A stretch of DNA of 64,000 nt. It comes from an uncultured Alphaproteobacteria bacterium (GTDB taxonomy: Bacteria; Pseudomonadota; Alphaproteobacteria; Rhizobiales; Xanthobacteraceae). Below the pieces are notes generated by a model. The model was not told the DNA's origin. It did not search any database and saw nothing but the letters and a program-made list of their open reading frames with translations. This document shows, piece after piece, positions 1-13,797 of this stretch (within the stretch, counting starts at the first letter, position 1; each line of letters begins with the position of its first letter). The stretch spans positions 256,835 to 320,834 of the forward strand of contig CAWJDC010000006.1 in assembly GCA_963841575.1 (NCBI GenBank), in the 5' to 3' direction. A program made the position numbers and the translations under genes.

Positions 1-1103
1 GTTCGCGCCGATCGATCCGGCGGCCTTCATCGAGAAGATCGCCAGCGTCGACGCCGTGCCGCATTTCCCGGACTGGCGCACCATCAACGCCCAGGCGCTG
101 GTCACCGGCCGCGTCACGCGGCAGAGCGACGGCCGGCTCAAAGCCGAATTCCGGCTGTGGGACGTGCTGGCCGGCCAGCAGCTCGCCGGCCAGCAGTATT
201 TCACCACGCCCGACAACTGGCGCCGCATCGCCCACATCATCTCGGACGCCATCTACGAGCGGCTCACCGGCGAGAAGGGCTATTTCGACAGCCGCGTCGT
301 GTTCGTCGACGAGACCGGGCCGAAGGAGCGCCGCATCAAGCGGCTCGCCATCATGGATCAGGACGGCGCCAACGTGCGCTATCTGACGCGCGGCGACGAA
401 CTCGTGCTCACGCCGCGGTTCTCGCCCTCGACCCAGGAGATCACCTACATGGCCTACGGCCAGGGCGATCCGCGCGTCTATCCTGCTCAACATCGAGACC
501 GGCCAGCGCGAGATCGTCGGCAACTTTCCCGGCATGAGCTTCGCGCCGCGCTTCTCGCCGGACGGCCAGCGCGTCATCATGAGCCTGCAGGAGGGCGCCA
601 ACGCCAACCTCTTCGTCATGGACCTGCGCTCCAAGGCGACGACGCGGCTGACCAACACGCCAGGCGATCGACACCGCGCCGTCCTATTCGCCCGACGGCT
701 CGCAGATCTGCTTCGAATCCGACCGCGGCGGCCATCCGCAGATTTACGTCATGGCGGCGACCGGCGGCGCCGGCGCAGCGCATCAGCTTCGGCGACGGCA
801 CCTATTCGACGCCGGTATGGTCGCCGCGCGGCGACTACATCGCCTTCACCAAGCAGGCCGCGAGCAAGTTCGCCATCGGCGTGATGAAGCCGGACGGCTC
901 CGGCGAGCGCATCCTGACCGAGGGCTTCCACAACGAGGGGCCGACCTTTGCGCCGAACGGCCGGGTCATCATGTATTTCAGCGACTCGGTCGGCAGCCCC
1001 GGGCCGTCGCTGTTCACGATCGATATCAGCGGGCCGCAACCAGCAGCGGGTGCCGACGCCGAGCTTCGCGTCCGATCCGGCCTGGTCGCCGCTTTTGTCG
1101 TGA
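1..1103 (+). pseudogene. tolB: Tol-Pal system protein TolB (5' end outside window; at least 3 frameshifts as sequenced)
   Basis: Pieces in three + frames: ...[63 protein letters not shown]; [31 protein letters not shown]; [25 protein letters not shown]...[11 protein letters not shown] shifted frame gives [23 protein letters not shown] with TGA at 1101-1103. pal follows. Confidence 0.85.
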
Positions 1104-1303
1104 GCGTGGCGTGCGGCATCACACGCCTCGCCGCATTGACGCCTCATTAACCATTGCAAAAGCTTTCACGGGTGTTGCGCGGGGTCGAGGCTTCTTTGTA
1201 AGGCTGCATCAAGGTTGACGGAACCTTCGCTTAACGAAGGCGCTGCTAGACCCGGGCCAGACCAACCATGTCCGGTCGCGACGGAAGCAATGGAGGCACC
1301 GGA

Positions 1304-1800
1304 ATGAACGTGGCGAGCATCATCCGCGGCGCCAAATTCGCGGCCGTCATCGTGGCAGCGCTTGCGATCGCGGGCTGCGCCAAGCAGGCAGGCTGACCAG
1401 ACCGCGGCGCTGGGCGGGGCGGGGGCTGCGACTCCCGGCAGTCAGCAGGACTTCGTCGTCAATGTCGGCGACCGCGTGTTCTTCGAGACCGACTCGTCGG
1501 AGCTGACCGAGCAGGCCCGCGCCACGCTCGACAAGCAGGCGCAGTGGCTCAGCAACTACAACCGCTACGCCTTCACCATCGAAGGCCACGCCGACGAGCG
1601 CGGCACCCGCGAATACAACATCGCGCTCGGCGCCCGCCGCGCGCAGACGGTGCGCGAATATCTGGTCTCGCGCGGCGTCTCGGGCGCAGCGCATGCGCAC
1701 CATCTCCTACGGCAAGGAGCGGCCGGTCGCGGTGTGCGACGACATTTCCTGCTGGTCGCAGAACCGCCGCGCCGTGACGGTGCTCGATCAGAGTTCGTAA
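1304..1800 (+). pseudogene. pal: Peptidoglycan-associated lipoprotein Pal (OmpA-like; about 2 frameshifts)
   Basis: ATG at 1304 and lipobox LAIAGC. OmpA C-domain: NRYAFTIEGHADERGTREYNIALGARRAQTVREYLVSRGV. The tail ISYGKERPVAVCDDISCWSQNRRAVTVLDQSS* lies in another frame (TAA 1798-1800). Confidence 0.85.
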
Positions 1801-2006
1801 CCGCTCGATCAGCGCAGTCCCATAGTCGATCGTCACAATCGGCGCCCTCGCGGCGCCGATTGCGTTTTGGCGCGATGTTTGGCCTTGCCAAGTCCGTGCT
1901 GAAATCGGATCGTAGTCGGCCGGCTGTCGCTTCGTCGCGATTGCTTCTGTCTAAAGATTTTGACGAGGTCTTCGACCATGACCGCCGGCGGCGTTCGCTG
2001 CGCGTC

Positions 2007-3132
2007 ATGCTGATGCTCGCCGCGGCCGTTGCGGTCGCCGGCTGCGGCCAGAACAACGATACGCCGCGCCGCCGCCGCCGAAGGTCACCGTGGCCGCGCC
2101 GGTCGAGCAGGAGGTCACGCGCTATTTCGAGGCGACCGGCAACACCGCCGCGGTCAACTCGGTCGATCTGGTCGCCCGCGTGCAGGGCTTCGTCCAGGAG
2201 ATCAGTTACACCGACGGCGATTTCGTCAAGAAGGGCGCGCCGCTGTTCACCATCGAGCCGCAGCCCTATCGAGCTGAAGCTGTCAGCGCCGCGCAGGCCG
2301 CCGAGGCCGGCGCGCAGGCGACGCTCAAGCAGGCGAGGCCGACTACACAGCGCCAAGCCGATCTTGCCAGCCGGCAGGTTCTCGGCTCAGGCGACGCTCG
2401 ACCAGGCGCAGGCGACCCGCGACAGCGCGCAAGCCAATCTGCAGCAGGCGCAGGCGAACACCAAGCAGGCCGCGATCAATCTCGGCTACACCAAAGTGAC
2501 CGCGCCGTTCGACGGCGTCGTCACCGCGCGGCAGGTCTCGATCGGCGAACTGGTCGGCGCCAGCTCGCCGACGGTGCTCGCCACCATCGTGCAGCTCGAT
2601 CCGATCTATGTGAATTTCAACGCCAGCGAGCGCGATGTGCTCGAGGTGCGCGCCAATCTCGCGCAGCCGGGGCGAGACCGTCGCCGATCTCATCGGCCTG
2701 CCGGTCGAGGTCGGCGCTGCAGACCGAGACCGACTATCCGCACCAGGGCAAGCTCGATTACGTCGCGCCGACCGTCAATCCGTCGACCGGCACGCTGGCC
2801 GCGCGCGCCATGCTGGCGAACAGCCGACCGCGCGCTGCTGCCGGGCTATTTCGTGCGCGTGCGCATTCCATCGCAAACCGCAGCCGGCGCTGCTGGTGCC
2901 GGACGTCGCGCTCGGCAGCGACCAGGGCGGCCGCTACGTGCTCGTCGTCAACAAGGACAGCGTCGTCGAGCAGCGCAAGGTCGAGACCGGTCAGCTGGTC
3001 GGCGACCTGCGCGTGATCGAGAAGGGCTTGACCAAGGACGACCGCGTGGTCGTCGGCGGCATCATGCGCGCGATGCCGGGCCAGAAGGTCGATGCCGAGC
3101 TGCAGACAGCGGCGGCGATGAGCGACGGCTGA
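2007..3132 (+). pseudogene. Efflux RND transporter periplasmic adaptor (membrane fusion) subunit, frameshifted
   Basis: Lipoprotein-like N-terminus MLMLAAAVAVAGCGQ. Other pieces: VTRYFEATGNTAAVNSVDLVARVQGFVQEISYTDGDFVKKGAPLFTIEP; coiled coil QATLDQAQATRDSAQANLQQAQANTKQAAINLGYTKVTAPFDGVV; C-terminus GRYVLVVNKDSVVEQRKVETGQLVGDLRVIEKGL...AAMSDG*. Spread over 3 frames; the start is approximate. Confidence 0.8.
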
Positions 3133-3264
3133 CAAATCGAGCGCTGATGAGGCACTGCCGTCACCTGAGCTGCGGCGGAGCGAGCCTCGAAGGGCGACAG
3201 CCGGGCCGTGCATCCTTCGAGGGCCGCTCGCGCGACCGCCTCAGGATGACGGAACGGAATCGCG

Positions 3265-6200
3265 ATGATCTCGAAATTCTTCATCGAGCGGCCGGTGCTG
3301 GCGAACGTCCTCGCCATCCTGATGATTTTGATCGGCGCGGTGGCGCTCTACGGCCTGCCGATCGCGCAATATCCCGACGTCGTGCCGCCGACCGTGCAGG
3401 TGACGACCCGCTATCCGGGCGCCAGCGCGCAGACCCTGATCGACACCGTCGCGCTGCCGATCGAGCAGCAGGTCAACGGCGTCGAGAACATGCTGTACAT
3501 GCAGTCGACCAGCGCCAGCGACGGCAGCTACACGCTGACCGTGACCTTTCAGATCGGCACCAATCTCGATAACGCGCAGATCCTGGTGCAGAACCGGGTC
3601 TCGAGCGCGCTGGCGTCGCTGCCGCAGGCGGTGCAGGCGCAGGGCGTCACGGTGCAGAAGCGCTCGACCGCGATCCTGCTGTTCGTCACCTTGACCTCGC
3701 CCGACAAGCCGTTACGACAGCCTCTATCTCGCCAACTACGCCACCATCAAGCCTCAAGGACGAGCTGTCGCGGCTGCCCGGCGTCGGCAACGTCAACGTG
3801 TTCGGCGCCGGCCAATATTCGATGCGCATCTGGCTCGATCCGGACAAGCTGAAGGCGCGCAGCCTCAATGCCCAGGACGTGGTGCAGTCGCTGCAGCAGC
3901 AAAGCCAGCAGGTGACCGCCGGCCAGGTCGGCGCGCCGCCGACGCCGCCCGGCGTCGATTTCCAGTACACGCATCGAGCTCGCCGGGCAGCCTTGCCGAG
4001 GTCGGCGAGTTCGAGAACGTGATCGTCAAGACCGGCAATAACGGCGAAGTCACGCGGCTGCGCGATATCGGCCGCGTCGAGCTCGGCGCCCAGACCTACG
4101 GCCAGATTTTCACGCTCAACGGCAAGCCGGCCGCGGGCATCGGCATCTTCCAGTCGCCCGGCGCGAACGCGCTCAACGTGGAGCAGGCCGTCAAAGCCAA
4201 GATGAGCGGCGCTGGCGCGCGACTTCCCCCAGGGCCTCGTCTACGCGGTGCCGTTCGACACCACGATCTTCGTCAACGCCTCGATCCACGAGGTCTACAA
4301 GACGCTGATCGAGGCGGCCGTGCTCGTGCTGATCGTGATCTTGGTCTTCCTGCAGGACTGGCGCGCCATGCTGGTGCCGGCGACGACCGTGCCGGTGACC
4401 ATCATCGGCGCCTTCGCCGCGATGTGGGCGCTCGGCTTCACGGTGAATTTCTCGACGCTGTTCGCGATCGTGCTGTCGATCGGCATCGTGGTCGACGACG
4501 CCATCGTCGTGGTCGAGGGCGCCGCGCACAATATCGAGCGCGGCATGAACGGCCATGACGCGGCGATCCGCGCCATGAACGAGCTGTTGGGGCCGATCAT
4601 CGGCATCACGCTGGTGCTGATGTCGGTGTTCCTGCCGGCGGCATTCCTGCCCGGCCTCACCGGCCGCATGTATGCGCAGTTCGCGCTGGTGATCGCCGCG
4701 ACCGCGCTGCTCTCAGCGCCATCAACGCGGTGACGCTCAAGCCGACGCAGTCCGCGCTGTGGCTGCGCCCGCCGGTGCCGCCGGAGCGGCGCAATGCGTT
4801 CTTATCGCGGCTTCAATACCGTCTATGGCCGGCTCGAGCATCGGATACGACGCGCCTGATCGGCCGCATGGTGTCGCGTGCCGGCCTGATGACGATCGTC
4901 GCTTTCGTCATCATCGCGGTTGCCGGCTGGGGGCTCGCGCGGGTGCCGACCGGCTTTCTGCCGATCGAGGACCAGGGCTATCTGCTCGTCGCCGTGCAAT
5001 TGCCTGACGGCGCCGCGCTGGAGCGCACGCAGGCAGGCGCTCGATCAGGTCTCGGCGATCGTGCGCAAGGATCCCGGCGTCGATCAGGTGCTCACCATCG
5101 CCGGCATTTCGGCGCTCGACAACAATGCGACGCTGGCCAATGCCGGCGTCGCCTATGTGGTGCTCAAGGACTGGAGCGTGCGCGACAGATCTGCTCACGG
5201 TTTACGGCCGGCTGTCGCAGGCGCTCGCCGACGTCGACGCGCGCGTTCTGGTGCTGCCGCCGCCGCCGATCCAGGGCATCGGCAACGCCGGCGGCTTCAC
5301 CATGCAGGTCGAACTGCGCGACGGCAGCACGGATCTCGCCAAGCTGCAGAGCATCACCAACACGATCGTCGCCAATGCGCAGTCGCAGAGCGCAATGCAG
5401 CGCGTCTCGACCTCGTTCCGCGCCGTGGCGCCGCAACTGCGAATCGAGGTCGATCGCGTCAAGGCGCAGACGCTGCATGTCTCGGTCGATCAGGTGTTTG
5501 CGACGCTCGCGACCTATCTGGGCTCGACTTACGTCGGTGCAGTTCAACAAGTTCGGCCGCGTGTTCCAGGTCTATGCGCAGGCCGACGCGCCGTTCCGGC
5601 TGCGGCCGCGGGACATCGAAAACCTTTCGGTGCGCAATCAGCAAGGCGACATGATCCCGCTCGGCACGCTCGCCGCCATCTCGCCGACGGTCGGCGCGCC
5701 GCTGATCAGCCTCTACAATCTTTATCCGTCGTCGAGCATCATCGGGCTGCCGGCGCCGGGCTTCAGCTCCGGCGAGGCGATCCGTCTGATGGAGCAGGAT
5801 GCGGAGCGGACCTTGCCGCCGCGGCACCGGCACCGAATGGACCGCGATGTCCTATCAGGAGAAGGTCGTCGGCAATCAGATGTATTTCGTGTTCGCGATG
5901 GCGATGCTGCTGGTCTATCTGGTGCTGGCCGGCCAATACGAGAGCTGGTACGCGCCGCTCGCGGTGATCCTCTCGGTGCCGCTGGCGCTGGTCGGCCCGG
6001 TGCTGGTGCTGACGTTGCTGCCGCATCGACAACAATCTCTACACCCAGATCGGCCTCATCCTGCTGATCGCGCTGTCGGCCAAGAACGCGATCCTGATCG
6101 TCGAGGTCGCGCGCGAGCACCGGCGTGCGCGACGGCAAGCCGATCCTCGAAGCGGCGGTCGACGCCGCGCGCGCGCGGTTCCGGCCGATCCTGATGACGT

Positions 6201-6412
6201 CGTTTGCGTTTATCCTCGGCGTCGCGCCGCTGGTGATCGCGAGCGGCGCCGGCGCCAGCGCGCGCAAGTCGATCGGCATCACGGTGTTCAGCGGCATGAT
6301 CGCCTCGACCTGCCTCGCGGTGCTGTTCGTGCCGTCGCTGTTCGTGGTGGTGCAGCGGTTCGAGGAATGGCGCGCCGCCCGCAAACATCCGCGCATTCAG
6401 CCCGCGGAATGA
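3265..6412 (+). pseudogene. Efflux RND transporter permease (AcrB/HAE1-like), about 8 or more frameshifts
   Basis: MISKFFIERPVLANVLAILMILIGAVALYGLPIAQYPDVVPPTVQVTTRYPGASAQTLIDTVALPIEQQVNG...; SIGIVVDDAIVVVEGAAHNIERG; YESWYAPLAVILSVPLALVGPVL; C-terminus FVPSLFVVVQRFEEW...*. Fragments occur in all three + frames. Confidence 0.9.
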
Positions 6413-6513
6413 TCCCAAGCCAATGCGGGCGCATCCGAGGCGATGGGTCACAATTTGGACGCAGGCCGCGCTATGGTAGGAAACTGCGTATCAACAAACG
6501 CGAATTCACCAAA

Positions 6514-7509
6514 ATGCAGCCTGCGATGATCCGCTCCGCCTCGTCTCTCGTGGTCGCGCTCGCTTGCGCGCTCTGGGCGCCATGCAGCCCGTGCGCAGGC
6601 TTCGCCGACCGACCTGGTGACCCGCATCGACCGCATGCAAGAGACGCATCCGCGATCTGACCGGATCGGTCGAGCAGTTGCAGTATCGCAATCAGCAGCT
6701 CGAGCAGCAGGTGCAGCGCCTGCAGGCGGAGATCGAGGGCGGGGCGCGCCCGGCGTCCGTCGCCGCCGCCGCCGCGCCAGCGCAGCACCCGCCGCCAGCT
6801 TCGCCGCCGCCGCCTTCCGCCGCGCCATCCCGCCGCCGCCGGCGCCAATCGAAGTCCGCCGCCGATCGTCCGGCCGCCGCAGGCGACGCCTTCGATCCGG
6901 CGCTCAATCCGGGTGCACCGGGCGCGCCGCGTCCGCTGGGCGCGCCCGGCTGGCAGCAGCCGAGCCGCCGCCGCCGTTGGTATCGGACACGTCGCGCCAA
7001 CCCGGGGCGCCGCTGGACCTCTCCGGCTCCGAGGGCGGCACGGCGCCGGGCGGCGCTTGCCGCCGCCGCCGCCGCGCAATCCGAGCGCGACCGGCGCCAT
7101 GCAGGCGACCCTGCCGCCGAGCAATTCGCCGAAGGACGAATACGATCTCGGCTACGGCTATATCCTGCACAAGGACTATCGGCCCGGCCGCGGACACGTT
7201 CGCGCGCCTTCCTGCGCAAATATCCCAGCGACCGGCTGGCGCCGGAGGCGCAATACTGGCTCGGCGAGAGCGCTGTTCCAGACCCAGCAGTATCGCGATG
7301 CCGCCGAAGCGTTCCTCGCGGTGTCGACCAAGTACGAGACCACCGCGCGGGCGCCCGATGCGCTGCTGCGGCTCGGCCAGTCGCTTGCGGCGCTGGGCGA
7401 AAAGGAAGCGGCCTGCGCCTCGTTGGGTGAGGTGCTGCGCAAATATCCGCGCGCCTCGCTCAGCGTGAAGCAGAGCGTGGACCGGGAACAAAAGCGTGCC
7501 CACTGCTGA
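6514..7509 (+). pseudogene. cpoB: Tol-Pal associated cell-division coordinator CpoB/YbgF (frameshifted)
   Basis: Signal-like MQPAMIRSASSLVVALACALWA. Coiled coil: VEQLQYRNQQLEQQVQRLQAEIEGG. Pro/Ala-rich linker. TPR C-terminus: YDLGYGYILHKDY...FLRKYPSDRLAPEAQYWLGES...QQYRDAAEAFLAVSTKYETTARAPDALLRLGQSLAALGEKEAACASLGEVLRKYPRASLSVKQSV. Confidence 0.8.
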
Positions 7510-8523
7510 CGAAGCCGTTCGCGACGACGAAGCGAACGCGCTGTTCGGAGGTCTTGAGGAGTTGCCCGGCCTGGTGCTCGCGGTCTCCGGCGGTCCGGAT
7601 TCCACCGCGCTGCTCGTGCTTGCGGCGCGCTGGGCCAAGCGGCTGAAGCGCGCGCCGAAACTCGTCGCCGTCACCATCGATCACGGTCTGCGGCCGGAAG
7701 CCGCGCGCGAGGCCGCCGCGGTCAAGCGCCTGGCGCGCCGTCTCGGCGTGCCGCACCGCACGCTGCACTGGCGCGGCAAGAAGCCCAAATCCGGCTTGCA
7801 GGAAGCCGCGCGCATCGCGCGCTATCGCTTGCTGGCGCAGGCGGCATCGCGCGACGGCTACGCTCACATCCTCACCGCCCACACGCTCGACGATCAGGCG
7901 GAAACCGTGCTGTTTCGCCTGGCCCGCGGCAGCGGCGTGATCGGGCTTGCCGGCATGGCGCACGCGTCGCCGCTGCCGTCGAGCGGCGAAAGCGATATTT
8001 TTCTGCTGCGCCCGCTGCTGCTCTTGCCGAAGGCGCGGCTGATCGCGACCTTGCAGGCGGCCGGCATCGCTTATAGCGACGATCCGACGCAATCGCGATC
8101 CGCGGTTTGCGCGCACGCGCTTGCGCGCATTGATGCCGGCGCTCGCCCGCGAGGGGCTCGATGCGCGCGGATTGGCGCGGCTCGCGGCGCGGGTGCGGCG
8201 TGCCGAAGCCACCATCGAATTCGCGGTCGCCGCCGCGCGGGCAGCGCTGGCGCCGGGGCCCTGGCCGCAGCGTGGTCCGATCGCGGTTCGAAACGTCGCA
8301 CTTTGCCGTGCTTGCCCGCGGAGGTGGCGCTGCGGCTCCTGGGCGCGCGATTGCCCATGCCGGGGACGAGGGGCCGGTCGAACTTGCCAAGCTGGAGGCG
8401 CTTTACGAGCGCTTTGCGGCAAGCGACGGCCAGCGGCTGCGCCGGACGCTGGCCGGCGCGCTCGTTACGCTGGGAAACGGACCGGCTCATCGTCGGAGCG
8501 CGCCCCCGCGCGGCGCACATTAG
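7496..8523 (+). pseudogene. tilS: tRNA(Ile)-lysidine synthase TilS (frameshifted in the C-terminal half)
   Basis: GTG start. PP-loop motif LVLAVSGGPDSTALLVLA; also LTAHTLDDQAETVLFRLARGSG and FLLRPLLLLPKARL. The 3' end is uncertain because of frame changes. Confidence 0.8.
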
Positions 8524-8741
8524 CCATGCGCACGGGCAGCAAGAGGCGCTTTACGAAATGAGCCGTATAGTGGGGATTGCGGATTCTCGGGTTCTGTACG
8601 GATCTCTTGGGTTCCTTTGGGTTCCCTTGGCAGGGGGCGGGTCGACGCCTACATTGCCTATACGGGACGTGAAGCCGCCACGATTTGTAGGCACACACTA
8701 GGCTGCCGGGCTCCTGCATCATCGCGGGCCAAGGACATCAG

Positions 8742-10672
<1,931 letters not shown>

Positions 10673-10691
10673 GCCGGCGGGCGTGGCCTGC

Positions 10692-10985
10692 CTAGTTGTT
10701 GCCTGGCATGCCAGAAGGATCGCGCGCGGCGTGCCGGACGGCGTGGATAATGATCTCAGTCTCGGTGATTTCGTAGAAAACGAGATAGGGGTAAGGCAAT
10801 GTGGTCAGACGACGAATAGTCGGATCGTCTGTGCGGATGCCGATGTGGGGTTGCACCAGGAGCAGATCGATCGCGGACCGTATGCGGGCTTGGATGCGCT
10901 TGGCGGCCTGCGGGGAATGTGCGGCGATATAGTCGAGGATCGAACTAAGATCGTTGAGGGCAGGGACCGTAAAGCGAATCTTCAC
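10692..10985 (-). CDS. Type II toxin, RelE/ParE superfamily
   Basis: Intact 97-aa ORF: [89 protein letters not shown]. Its GTG start overlaps the upstream gene's TGA (GTGA). Confidence 0.8.
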   Translation of the reverse strand: MKIRFTVPALNDLSSILDYIAAHSPQAAKRIQARIRSAIDLLLVQPHIGIRTDDPTIRRLTTLPYPYLVFYEITETEIIIHAVRHAARDPSGMPGNN

Positions 10986-11212
10986 AGACCATACTTCGCC
11001 CAGATGGACCGCACCTCTTCATCGGTGGCGAAATCGCCGCGAGCTGCCGCAGCCTTCGAAGCAGCAATTGACGCACTTTCATCTGCCGTCAGCGTCGCGG
11101 GCGTGGCCCTCTCCTGGCCAGCAAGTTCAAGTACGATGCGTGCGATATCATCTTGAGCGTCAGGCGGAAGGATGCGCACCGCTTCGAGCGCTTGATCTAA
11201 GAGCTTGGTCAT
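10982..11212 (-). CDS. Type II antitoxin, cognate to the ParE/RelE-like toxin
   Basis: 76-aa ORF directly upstream of the toxin with a 4-bp overlap. The small acidic protein ends ...[19 protein letters not shown]. Confidence 0.7.
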   Translation of the reverse strand: MTKLLDQALEAVRILPPDAQDDIARIVLELAGQERATPATLTADESASIAASKAAAARGDFATDEEVRSIWAKYGL

Positions 11213-11352
11213 GAATGAAATATACTCTCATTCAAGACAGCGATGAAGGGCATTGAACGAATGCCAGTGTGGCCAAGTCGTTGTGTTCATCGTTCGTCCA
11301 AATGCGGCCACACCACTAGGATATTCGTCCCAAGAGTGGGGGAGGCGGATCA

Positions 11353-12739
11353 ATGCGGACCTTGTCGATTGCCGGCGTGATGGTCGCCCTTGCGGTCAGC
11401 TCAGCCGGTTCCGCGCTGGCGCAGGTGGCCGGCCAGCCCACTCTGTTACCGCCGCGCCCGGTTCCCGCAACGCCGCATCGTCCCCCAGCTGCCCGGCCTC
11501 ACCCGGCCCGACCGGCGCAACCCGCCAGGAACACCTCGACGCCGGAATCGCGATCTGCCGCCGAACTGGCGATGTCTTCGGATCCGACCTTCGACGAGGG
11601 CACCTTCGAGCGCATCAAGGAAGCGTTGCTCAGCTATTCGGCGATCCAGGTGCGCGGCGGCTGGCCGATGCTTCCCGCCGACAGCCAAGCTCGGCCCGGG
11701 GCGAGCGGTCCCAACGTTGCGTTGCTGCGCCGGCGCCTCGCCGTCACCGAAGACCTCGCCGCCGACAAGGAAGCAGGCGACGACTACGATGCCGCCGTGG
11801 TCGAGGCGGTCAAGCACTTCCAATTGCGCCATGGACTGGATGTAACCGGCGCGGTCAACCCGCTGACGCTGCGCGCGCTCAACGTGCCGGTCGGCCAGCG
11901 CATCAAACAGCTCGAGGCCTCGCTCGATCGTCTGCTCGGCATGGATTTCACTTTTGGCGAGCGTTACGTCGTCGTCAATATTCCGGCGGCTTTCGCCGAA
12001 GCTGTCGCCAACGGCAAGGTCGAGCGGCGCTATCGCGTGATCGTCGGCAAGACCGACAAGCCGTCGCCGACGCTCAGCGTCTACATCACCGCAATCGACC
12101 TCAATCCAACCTGGACGGTGCCGCTCTCGATCACCAAGAACGAAATCTTCACCCGCATGCGCAAAGATCCGAACTATCTCAGCCGCATGCACATGCGGGT
12201 GTTCGGCGCGCACGACCAGGAGATCGACCCACACTCGATCGACTGGGCGTCCGATCGCTCACCGAATTTTTTCGTGCGGCAGGACTCCGGCCCCTGGAAC
12301 GCGCTCGGCAACCTCAAGATCGACATGCCGAATCCGTATTCGGTTTACATGCACGACACCGACACGCGACAACTGTTCAGCAAAGACTATCGCTTCGATT
12401 CCCACGGCTGCACGCGGGTCGACAATGTGCGCGACCTCGCGGCCTGGATTCTCCAGGACGTGCCGGGCTGGGATCGCGCGGCGATCGACGCCGGGATCGC
12501 CACCGGCGAGAAGAAGATCATCAATCTGCCCCACAGAATTCCGGTCGCCTGGGTTTATCTGACGGGCTGGATGACGCGCGACGGCACTGTCGAATTCCGC
12601 AACGACGTTTACGAGCACGACGAAGCGCTGGATCGCACCGCGCTTGACCGACGTGGCGGCGCGGGCCGGCGGCTTTGTGGCGGGCGAGCCGCCCGTGCCG
12701 CAGACCATCAAGCAGGTTTCCAATCTCGACAGCCGCTAA
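11353..12739 (+). pseudogene. L,D-transpeptidase (YcbB-like, with peptidoglycan-binding domain); one frameshift near the 3' end
   Basis: RBS gggggagg and signal peptide. PG-binding domain: YDAAVVEAVKHFQLRHGLDVTGAVNPLTLRALN. YkuD domain: VVVNIPAAF...YRVIVGKTDKPSPTLSVYITAIDLNPTWTVP...MPNPYSVYMHDTDTRQLFSKDYRFDSHGCTRVDN. A shifted frame gives ...PQTIKQVSNLDSR* with TAA at 12737-12739. Confidence 0.85.
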
Positions 12740-12753
12740 CACGGGCTTGCTTC

Positions 12754-13767
12754 ATGCGTCGTGCGATTCTTCTCGCTGGCATTCTGTCAGGCGCGGCGGC
12801 GCCGTTGCCGGCGCTCGCCAATGACACCACCGCGGAGCTTGCGAACGGCGGCCTGATCTTCGTCACCAACGATAACGTGGAGATGCGTTCGGAGAATTTG
12901 TTCATCTCCACCGGTCAGATCCGCGTGACCTATGACTTCTTCAACAAGTCGAACAAGGACGTCACGGTGCTGGTGGCCTTCCCGTTGCCGGAAATCCGTA
13001 TCTCCGGGGAGGACGACAATATCGCGGTGCCGACGCAGGACCCGGTCAACTTTGTCGGCTTCAAGACCACCGTCAACGGCAAGCCGGTCACGACGCAAGT
13101 CGAGCAGCGCGTGACGGCCGTGGGCATCGACCGGACGCAATACCTGCGCGCTCTCGGCATTCCGCTGGCTCCGCAACTGGCCGCGACCGATAAGGCACTC
13201 GATGCCCTGCCGAAGGACAAATGGGCCGAAGTGGTGGGGCTCGGCCTCGGCGCAATCACGGAGTACGACGCCGGTTCGGGGATGCAACAGCATCTCGAGG
13301 CGCGGTGGGGGCCTGCCACCACGTTTTATTGGCAGCAGACCTTTGCGGCCGGACAGGAGACGATCGTTCAGCACCAATACACGCCGAGCGTCGGCTCGTC
13401 CGCCCAGACCAATCTCGGCTCGCCCGATGAGACGACGCAGAGCTGGTACGGCGACTATTTGCAGAAATATTGCATCGACAAGAGCTTCCTGGCGACCATC
13501 CAAAGCTTGCGCAAAGCCAACAAAAGCGAATTCGGTCCGCCCTACACCGAACAGCGAATCGACTATATCCTCACGACCGGCGCCAACTGGTCCGGCCCGA
13601 TCCAGACTTTCAAGCTCGTCATCGACAAGGGCTCTGCCGACAATCTCATGAGCTTCTGTGGCACAGGCGTCAGCAAGACTTCCCCGACGCAGTTCCAGAT
13701 GCAGCAGAGCAATTTTACACCCGATAGCGATCTCTCTATTTTGATCCTGAGTAAGATCGGCAATTAG
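12754..13767 (+). CDS. DUF4424 domain-containing secreted protein
   Basis: Own ATG at 12754 and signal peptide MRRAILLAGILSGAAAPLPALA. Body includes NDTTAELANGGLIFVTNDNVEMRSENLFIS...VTYDFFNKSNKDVTVLVAFPLP. It is fused in the ORF track to the upstream gene only because that gene's frameshift removes its stop. Confidence 0.75.
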   Translation: MRRAILLAGILSGAAAPLPALANDTTAELANGGLIFVTNDNVEMRSENLFISTGQIRVTYDFFNKSNKDVTVLVAFPLPEIRISGEDDNIAVPTQDPVNFVGFKTTVNGKPVTTQVEQRVTAVGIDRTQYLRALGIPLAPQLAATDKALDALPKDKWAEVVGLGLGAITEYDAGSGMQQHLEARWGPATTFYWQQTFAAGQETIVQHQYTPSVGSSAQTNLGSPDETTQSWYGDYLQKYCIDKSFLATIQSLRKANKSEFGPPYTEQRIDYILTTGANWSGPIQTFKLVIDKGSADNLMSFCGTGVSKTSPTQFQMQQSNFTPDSDLSILILSKIGN

Positions 13768-13797
13768 CAGCCGGTCGTCTTACCGCTCAGGTCACGC

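Noticed and set aside
1362-3572. 736-aa ORF spanning pal, the intergenic region and the whole adaptor gene
   Set aside because: It is a chimeric read-through. Only short stretches of it (the OmpA domain and the coiled-coil part of the adaptor) are real protein sequence. The rest is Arg/Pro/Ala-rich out-of-frame translation typical of high-GC DNA.
8585-8630. Direct repeats cttgggttcc / tttgggttccc upstream of ftsH as a regulatory site
   Set aside because: The repeat is real, but I cannot tie it to any known operator (it is not CtrA TTAA-N7-TTAA and not LexA-like). It may simply be the frame-damaged end of tilS.
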